Positions 57,970 to 64,000 of a stretch of DNA of 64,000 nucleotides are shown piece after piece; position 1 is the first letter of the stretch, and each line of letters begins with the position of its first letter. A program made the position numbers and the translations under genes. Source of the stretch: a bacterium (GTDB lineage Bacteria > SAR324 > XYD2-FULL-50-16); NCBI GenBank assembly GCA_032250835.1, contig JAVVEA010000006.1:64001-128000 (forward strand). The letters run 5' to 3'. The notes beneath the pieces were generated by a model that was not told the origin of the DNA, made no database searches, and was given only the letters and a program-made list of their open reading frames with translations.

Positions 57970-59877
57970 TTGTCGAGATTACCTGTGATCGCCGGATTCG
58001 GCGGGATCAACCCTGCGGGGCGCAGCTCCGGCTACCGCTCCTTCGGGCGCATGGTCGCCGAGGCTTTACCGGAGGCAAAACGGCAAGAAACCTATCTGTC
58101 CTTGGCCAGCTTGATGGGTTTGGTGGCTTATTCAGAAGGCCGCTGGAGCCGCCCTGACGGCTCTAGCGTAGACCCGCAAAACCTCCCTTCGGACCTGATC
58201 GCGCTAGCTAATGAGGGGACGTTGCTGCGCCGTATCGAGTCCAACCACTTCGACCCCGACCGGGTTCCCTGCAATAAATCGCTTCAATTGGGCGCCCAGG
58301 AGATTCGCTTCGAGTTGGCCCAGCGCGACCTCCCCAACGAACTGCCGAAGGGCTGGCAAGTGCGGGATATAGCGGGCGGCCGGGTTGAGGTGACGCTCAC
58401 TGAAGCGACCGAATTTTTTGCGCCTGACCGCCGCAAGGCAGCGGTCAGTACCGCCGGCCAACTGCCCCGGGGCTTTGATCCCGCCGCACTCTATGCTAGC
58501 AACCACCACCCCAGGGGCTTGGCCATGGCGGTCTATGGGGCTTCGGATGCGCTAGGTAGCTCTGGCTTTGGTGCCGACGAACTCAAACAATATGTAAAGC
58601 CCGACCAAATCGCTATCTACTCGGGCGCGGCCATGGGCCAGCTGGATGATATGGGCTTAGGCGGCTACATGAAGGCACCTTACCTAGGCAAGCGGACCAG
58701 TACCAAGCAAATGCCCTTTTCGTTGGCTGAGATGTCCGCAGACTTCCTTAATGCCTATGTGTTTGGCAGTGTCGGACGCACTGGCGGGATTTTGGGGGCC
58801 TGCGCCAGCACCTTGTATAATATAGATGCTGCCGCCCAGGACATCCGTTCAGGGCGCATCCGTTTGGCACTGGTGGGGATGGCCGAGTCGCCTCTGGTGC
58901 CCGAAGCAATGGAAGGGTACCGGGTGATGAGCGCTCTGGCCGAAGACGACCAAATCTTGGCTTTAGACAAGCACTTGGGCCTCACCTCACCGGACCACCG
59001 CCGCGCCTGCCGCCCCTTTGGCTACAACGCGGGCTTCACTATGTCCGAATCGGCCCAATACTTCCTGATCATGGACGACGAACTGGCTGCCGAGTTGGGG
59101 GCCGTGGTCTATGGTGCGGTCGCTGGGGTTTTTGTGAACGCCGACGGAATCAAAAAATCCATCACCGCACCGGGCGTGGGCAATTACCTGAGCATCGCCC
59201 AGGCTGCCGCCTTGGGCCGTTCGATCTTAGGTGAAGCCGGTTTGCGCCACCGCACCTTTGTCCATGCCCACGGCACCGGCACCCCGCAAAACCGGGTGAC
59301 CGAAAGCCAGGGCTTAAACGAAGTGGCCAAGGTCTTCGGGATCGAAAATTGGCCCATCGCTGCCGTAAAATGTTACCTGGGCCACAGCATCGGGGCCGCC
59401 TCGGGGGACCAAGTGATGGCCGCTTTGGGGCATTGGGACGAGGGCATCTTGCCCGGTATCTTCACGCTCGACCAAATTGCCGACGACGTACACCACAGCC
59501 ACCTTTCCCTCTCCCAGGCCCACCGCCAGTTAGGCGTGGACTCGATGGATGCGGCGTTGGTTAACTCCAAGGGCTTCGGCGGCAACAACGCCACGGGCCT
59601 GATCCTCTCGCCGGACCTCTCTCGCCGCATGATGGCCAAGAAGCTAGGTCCAACGGCCTTCCATGCCTATCTAGATAAAGCCGTCGCCACCGCCGAGCGC
59701 GCCGCCGCCTATGATCAAGCTGCCACCCAGGGCTTAGCCAAACCGATCTACCGTTTCGGGGAGCCGGTCTTGGATGGGCCGGACCTGGATATGAACGACC
59801 AGCAGATTGCGGTGCCCGGCTTTAAGATCCCCATGGACCTAAATCTGGCCAACCCCTTTGAGGATATGACTCCTTAA
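57970..59877 (+). CDS. fabY: Beta-ketoacyl synthase, FabY-type
   Basis: MSRLPVIAGFGG.N.AGRSS N-terminus, GACAS, AHGTGTPQNRVTES, GHS, NSKGFGGNNAT. Confidence 0.8.
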   Translation: MSRLPVIAGFGGINPAGRSSGYRSFGRMVAEALPEAKRQETYLSLASLMGLVAYSEGRWSRPDGSSVDPQNLPSDLIALANEGTLLRRIESNHFDPDRVPCNKSLQLGAQEIRFELAQRDLPNELPKGWQVRDIAGGRVEVTLTEATEFFAPDRRKAAVSTAGQLPRGFDPAALYASNHHPRGLAMAVYGASDALGSSGFGADELKQYVKPDQIAIYSGAAMGQLDDMGLGGYMKAPYLGKRTSTKQMPFSLAEMSADFLNAYVFGSVGRTGGILGACASTLYNIDAAAQDIRSGRIRLALVGMAESPLVPEAMEGYRVMSALAEDDQILALDKHLGLTSPDHRRACRPFGYNAGFTMSESAQYFLIMDDELAAELGAVVYGAVAGVFVNADGIKKSITAPGVGNYLSIAQAAALGRSILGEAGLRHRTFVHAHGTGTPQNRVTESQGLNEVAKVFGIENWPIAAVKCYLGHSIGAASGDQVMAALGHWDEGILPGIFTLDQIADDVHHSHLSLSQAHRQLGVDSMDAALVNSKGFGGNNATGLILSPDLSRRMMAKKLGPTAFHAYLDKAVATAERAAAYDQAATQGLAKPIYRFGEPVLDGPDLDMNDQQIAVPGFKIPMDLNLANPFEDMTP

Positions 59878-59878
59878 G

Positions 59879-60787
59879 GTGGACGCTATTATCAACCTCA
59901 ACAAGCCTTCGGGAATCACCTCCAACGGGGCGATAGGGCAGCTCAAACGTTTGACCGGAGAAAAGAAGATGGGCCATTTGGGGACCCTCGACCCCATGGC
60001 CAATGGTGTCTTGCCGATTTTTACGGGCAAGATGACCAAGTTGATCCCCTACTTCAACCAAAACGACAAAGCCTACCGAGCCGAGGTGACGTTGGGAGCG
60101 GTCTCGGATACCCTGGACGCCGAAGGGGTTTTGAGTCCCGTGCCCATACCTGCGGGGATTACCTTGGGGGCCGTTGAGGCCGCTTTGGCTCGTTTCACCG
60201 GCGAAATCACCCAGGTCCCACCCATCTATTCGGCGCTCAAGCAGGACGGACGTCGGCTCTATGACCTTGCCCGCAAGGGTGTGGCGGTGGAACCCGAAGC
60301 CCGGCAAGTGACGGTCTATTGGATTCGAGAGGTCGAATGGGAATCGCCGAAGATCCGCTTTGAGGTTTTTGTCTCCAAAGGCACCTACATCCGCTCTCTG
60401 GCAAGGGACTTGGGTGAGGCCTTAGGCAGCGGGGCGCATTTGAGTGCTCTGACCCGGACTCGGGTGGGCGAAGTCTTTGAACTACAAGATTCCATCATGC
60501 TTGACCAAATTGAAAAAACCGAGCAGGTTGATATATTCTTGCGCGCTTTGCGCCCGGCGTCCCTCTTGAGCGACTGGAATCAGTTGACAGCGCTCGACGA
60601 AGCCGAGGAACGGGCCCTTCGCAACGGAAACCGAATTCCCGTAGAACCCCAACGAATCCGGCAACAACAGCCCTTGGAGCGGCGTTGTTACATCACGGAC
60701 CGACAGGGTCAACTACTTTGTGCAGGCTTTCTTGAATTCAGCCAGGATAGCCTGCTTTGGTTCCAACCCGAAAAGGTGTTGGTATAA
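59879..60787 (+). CDS. truB: tRNA pseudouridine(55) synthase
   Basis: GHLGTLDP, QVPPIYSALK, SKGTYIRSL. Confidence 0.96.
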   Translation: MDAIINLNKPSGITSNGAIGQLKRLTGEKKMGHLGTLDPMANGVLPIFTGKMTKLIPYFNQNDKAYRAEVTLGAVSDTLDAEGVLSPVPIPAGITLGAVEAALARFTGEITQVPPIYSALKQDGRRLYDLARKGVAVEPEARQVTVYWIREVEWESPKIRFEVFVSKGTYIRSLARDLGEALGSGAHLSALTRTRVGEVFELQDSIMLDQIEKTEQVDIFLRALRPASLLSDWNQLTALDEAEERALRNGNRIPVEPQRIRQQQPLERRCYITDRQGQLLCAGFLEFSQDSLLWFQPEKVLV

Positions 60788-60788
60788 T
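60780..60788 (+). promoter_or_regulatory. Extended -10 promoter for rpsO
   Basis: TG-G-TATAAT overlapping the truB stop, 20 nt before the rpsO ATG. Confidence 0.55.
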
Positions 60789-60808
60789 CGCTGGATACTA
60801 GGAGAACA

Positions 60809-61075
60809 ATGCTGACCAAAGAAACAAAGGCGGAAATCGTCAAAAAGTTCGGACAAAACGAAACCGACACCGGTTCCACCAAGGTCCAAATCGCTCTTTT
60901 GACCGCGAGGATCATCTACCTTACCGAACACTTCAAAGAACATACGCACGACCACCACTCTCGTCGGGGTCTGCTCAAATTGGTCGGTAGCCGCAGGCAT
61001 CTTCTCAATTACTTGAAGAAAAATGACATCAACGAGTATCGCGAATTGATCAAAGAACTGGGTATCCGTAAGTAA
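60809..61075 (+). CDS. rpsO: 30S ribosomal protein S15
   Basis: DTGS..VQIALLT.RI..LTEH...DHHSRRGLL. Confidence 0.98.
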   Translation: MLTKETKAEIVKKFGQNETDTGSTKVQIALLTARIIYLTEHFKEHTHDHHSRRGLLKLVGSRRHLLNYLKKNDINEYRELIKELGIRK

Positions 61076-61122
61076 GCCCGGCTGATCGACCACTTGAAAC
61101 CCTAGACCCCTAGACATAGACT

Positions 61123-63204
61123 ATGAAGACACTGGAAATCGATTACCTGGGCAAGAAACTGTCCATTGAGACAGGCCGCATCGCCAAACAGGCCAACGCA
61201 TCGGTTATCGTAACCTACGGTGAGACCGTGGTTATGGTGAACGCAACGGCCACCAAGGAACGAGCCGACATGGGCTTTTTCCCCCTGACGGTGATGTATC
61301 AGGTCAAGACCTATTCTCAAGGCCGCATCTTAGGTGGATTCATCAAGCGCGAGCGTCAGCCCAGCGAGATGGAAACCCTGATCAGCCGCATGATTGACCG
61401 CCCGATCCGCCCGCTTTTTGCTGAGGGCTTCTCTAACGAGACCCAGGTGATCGCTACCGTCTTGAGCTATGACGAAGACTCCAACCCGGCCATTGCGGCT
61501 ATGTTGGGTGCTTCTTGTGCTCTTTGCATCTCCGACATCCCCTACAATACCCCCATCGCGGGTATCAACGTAGGCCGCGTCAACGGCGAGTTCGTCGCCA
61601 ACCTCTCGCACGCCGATCTGGCCGAGAGCAGCGAATTAGACCTGTTGATGGTCGCTAAAGAAGACGCCATCGTGATGGTGGAAGCCGGTGCCCAAGAGCT
61701 TTCTGAGCAGGACATGCTTGACGCTTTGGAGTGGGGCCACGCCAACATCCAGCCGCTGATCAAACTGCAAAAGCAGTTCATGAAAGAAGTGGGCAAAGAA
61801 GAGATGGAATACGAAGTCCCCGAAATTCCCGAGGACGTCAAAAAGGCTGTGGTTAAGGCTGCTGATAAAGGCCTTAAGGCCGCTTTGGAAATCCCCACTA
61901 AAATGGAGCGCTACGCAGCGGTCGATAAGGTGAAGGCCGAAGTCAAAGAAGCGTTGGTTACCGAAGAAAGCGGCATCACCTCTAAGATGGTGTCTGAAGT
62001 CTTTGGCCACCGTAAAGCCGAGATCATGCGCGAATGGATCTTGAAGAAAGGCAAGCGTGTGGATGGCCGTGCCCCCACCGATATCCGCCCGATCAGCTGC
62101 GAGTTGGGCCTGTTGCCCCGGACCCACGGTTCGGCACTCTTTACCCGTGGCGAGACCCAGGCTATCGTGGTGACCACCTTAGGCACCAAAGACGATGAGC
62201 AGATGGTCGAAGACCCCAGTGGCTTGTATTTCAAAAACTTCTACCTGCACTATAACTTCCCTCCCTACTCGGTTGGTGAAGTCAAGCGGATTGGCCCTCC
62301 CGGCCGCCGCGAGATTGGGCATGGTAACTTAGCCGAGCGGGGCTTGCGCCCCATGTTGCCCGCCAAGGACAACTTCCCTTACACCATCCGCATCGTCTCG
62401 GAAATCACCGAATCTAACGGTTCTAGCTCCATGGCTTCGGTCTGCGGCGGTTCCTTGTCGATGATGGACGCCGGTGTGCCCATGAAGTCCCCCGTTGCGG
62501 GCGTGGCGATGGGTCTGGTGACCGAAGGGAAAAACTACACCGTCTTGAGTGATATCTTGGGCGACGAAGACCATGTCGGCGACATGGACTTTAAAGTAGT
62601 GGGTACCGAAAACGGGATCACTGCTTTGCAGATGGACATCAAGATCGACGGTTTGTCCATGAAGATGCTCGACGACGCCTTGATGCAGGCTCGCCAGGGC
62701 CGTTTGCACATCTTAGGCGAGATGGCCAAGGCCATTGGTGCTGCCCGCGAGCGTTTGGCCGATACGGCTCCGCGCTTTATCCAGTGCAAGATCCCCCAAA
62801 CCAAAATCCGCGACCTGATCGGCCCCGGTGGTAAGGTGATCAAGGCTCTACAGGCCGAAACGGGGACCAAGATCGACATCGACGATTCGGGTACCGTCAA
62901 CATTGCTTCGAGCAGCCAGGAAGCGGCAGAAAAGGCCTTGGCCTTGATCCGCGAACTGACCTTGGAAGTGGAGATCGGCGCAACCTACGAAGGGGAAATC
63001 AAGAAGATCGTCGACTTCGGCGCTTTTGTTGAGATCCTGCCCAACACCCAGGGCTTGGTCCACGTCTCTGAAATCTCTGTTGAGCGGGTTGAGCGCGTTG
63101 AAGACGTCTTGAGCGAAGGGCAGATGGTGATGGTTAAGGCCATCGGCCGCGACAAGCGCGGCAAGCTGAAGCTCTCGATGAAGGCTGTCGAAAACGCCGA
63201 ATAA
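61123..63204 (+). CDS. pnp: Polyribonucleotide nucleotidyltransferase
   Basis: Two RNase PH domains, RREIGHG, SNGSSSMAS, KH and S1 domains. Confidence 0.98.
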   Translation: MKTLEIDYLGKKLSIETGRIAKQANASVIVTYGETVVMVNATATKERADMGFFPLTVMYQVKTYSQGRILGGFIKRERQPSEMETLISRMIDRPIRPLFAEGFSNETQVIATVLSYDEDSNPAIAAMLGASCALCISDIPYNTPIAGINVGRVNGEFVANLSHADLAESSELDLLMVAKEDAIVMVEAGAQELSEQDMLDALEWGHANIQPLIKLQKQFMKEVGKEEMEYEVPEIPEDVKKAVVKAADKGLKAALEIPTKMERYAAVDKVKAEVKEALVTEESGITSKMVSEVFGHRKAEIMREWILKKGKRVDGRAPTDIRPISCELGLLPRTHGSALFTRGETQAIVVTTLGTKDDEQMVEDPSGLYFKNFYLHYNFPPYSVGEVKRIGPPGRREIGHGNLAERGLRPMLPAKDNFPYTIRIVSEITESNGSSSMASVCGGSLSMMDAGVPMKSPVAGVAMGLVTEGKNYTVLSDILGDEDHVGDMDFKVVGTENGITALQMDIKIDGLSMKMLDDALMQARQGRLHILGEMAKAIGAARERLADTAPRFIQCKIPQTKIRDLIGPGGKVIKALQAETGTKIDIDDSGTVNIASSSQEAAEKALALIRELTLEVEIGATYEGEIKKIVDFGAFVEILPNTQGLVHVSEISVERVERVEDVLSEGQMVMVKAIGRDKRGKLKLSMKAVENAE

Positions 63205-63297
63205 GTCACTTAGGGCCTCGCGCCCTTGGCTGACACCTTGAGGGACCTTGGCTAACGTCAGGGTCCCTTCCCCTCCCTTCTTATATACTCCCAAATT

Positions 63298-63373
63298 GAC
63301 CCCATAGTTCAACTGGATAGAACGGGGGATTCCTAATCCCCAGATAGAGGTTCAAGTCCTCTTGGGGTCACCA
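63298..63373 (+). tRNA. tRNA-Arg(CCT)
   Basis: GACCCCA/TGGGGTC acceptor stem, anticodon loop TTCCTAA, CCA encoded. Confidence 0.93.
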
Positions 63374-63759
63374 TGCTTTGTGGACGCCAGGGTTTCCGCC
63401 AGCTTGCTCAAGGCCAGCAACCTGTTTACCGCCCTTGACGGTCGGAAAATCCTGATCTCTTATCCTTGGCTTTAGTGCAAGTGCTTCTTACTGCCAGATA
63501 GCTGCGCTATCCATTGGTTCTTCTTTCGGCTTGGCACACCAACAGCTGCGCATCCCTTTAAGGCCTCAACCTACCAGACCCTGTCAGCCTGAGCTCAATT
63601 GGGAGCGTCGGCTTTGGGGGTACTTAAAGTATTTCAGGTCCACATAGAAGGCCCTTTTAGGTTAAGGTTCCCCTAGTGATTTGGCGGGAGGTCCATGGTT
63701 CCCTCTGGCTAGCTTAAACCCACCTACCTGCCCTTTTCCTCACCTAAATCAGCTTGGAC

Positions 63760-64000
63760 TTACTTAAAGTCCTTTTTGGCCACATGGGCTCCGTTGCAGA
63801 AGGGTTTGTTTTTGGAGCGGCCACAGCGGCAGAGGGCGCTTCGGTTGTTGGGTTGGCCCGGGCGGAGTTCAAATCCCAGGGCCTCATATTCTTGATGCAC
63901 CCGGATTTCGGCTCCCTCAAAGATTTCTAATGCCGGCGACTTGATCCTCTGCGGAGGGGGCAATATCTCCTCCTTAGCTTCAAAGCGCAAGGCCCCAGAG
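63760..64000 (-). CDS. CDGSH iron-sulfur domain protein (partial, start beyond window)
   Basis: ALCRCGRSKNKPFCNGAH. Confidence 0.88.
   Translation of the reverse strand, partial: SGALRFEAKEEILPPPQRIKSPALEIFEGAEIRVHQEYEALGFELRPGQPNNRSALCRCGRSKNKPFCNGAHVAKKDFK

Noticed and set aside
63374-63759. Possible integrated element downstream of tRNA-Arg(CCT)
   Set aside because: No integrase, duplicated tRNA 3' end or credible ORF is visible within the window.

Overview
Bacterial chromosomal window, moderately GC-rich and mostly housekeeping. Gene content and order look deltaproteobacteria-like, possibly SAR324/Lambdaproteobacteria (inference only). It contains clpP-tig, a 7-tRNA cluster with rph, an M16/S41 protease operon, ribF, carAB, mtaB, mutL, der-exbBD-GT2-mutY, hisS-hemACD-add, thiS-thiC-thiE-like-thiG-thiH-lpxA, tRNA-Ile/Ala/Val-infC-rpmI-rplT, a FabY-type ketoacyl synthase and truB-rpsO-pnp. 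The clearest accessory element is an AT-rich insert between mutY and hisS (about 30.4-34.7 kb). It carries an unannotated 11-codon ORF (MYPPVIKPEAK) with an RBS and a perfect 11-bp hairpin, directly followed by a 2OG-Fe(II) oxygenase, a cobalamin-dependent radical SAM enzyme and a ferritin-like di-iron enzyme, then a BrnT/BrnA-type toxin-antitoxin pair. This is a candidate minimal RiPP-like biosynthetic system and the best lead in the window. Other oddities: a cytoplasmic PDI-like CxxC protein, a 26-aa membrane peptide, a tRNA-Val with C33 and no encoded CCA, tRNA-Ile/Ala outside an rRNA operon, a non-AUG infC start, Bacteroidetes/eukaryote-type carbamoyl-phosphate synthase, and several orphan beta-barrel genes including a frameshifted tandem duplicate. 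All calls are by eye; no searches were run.
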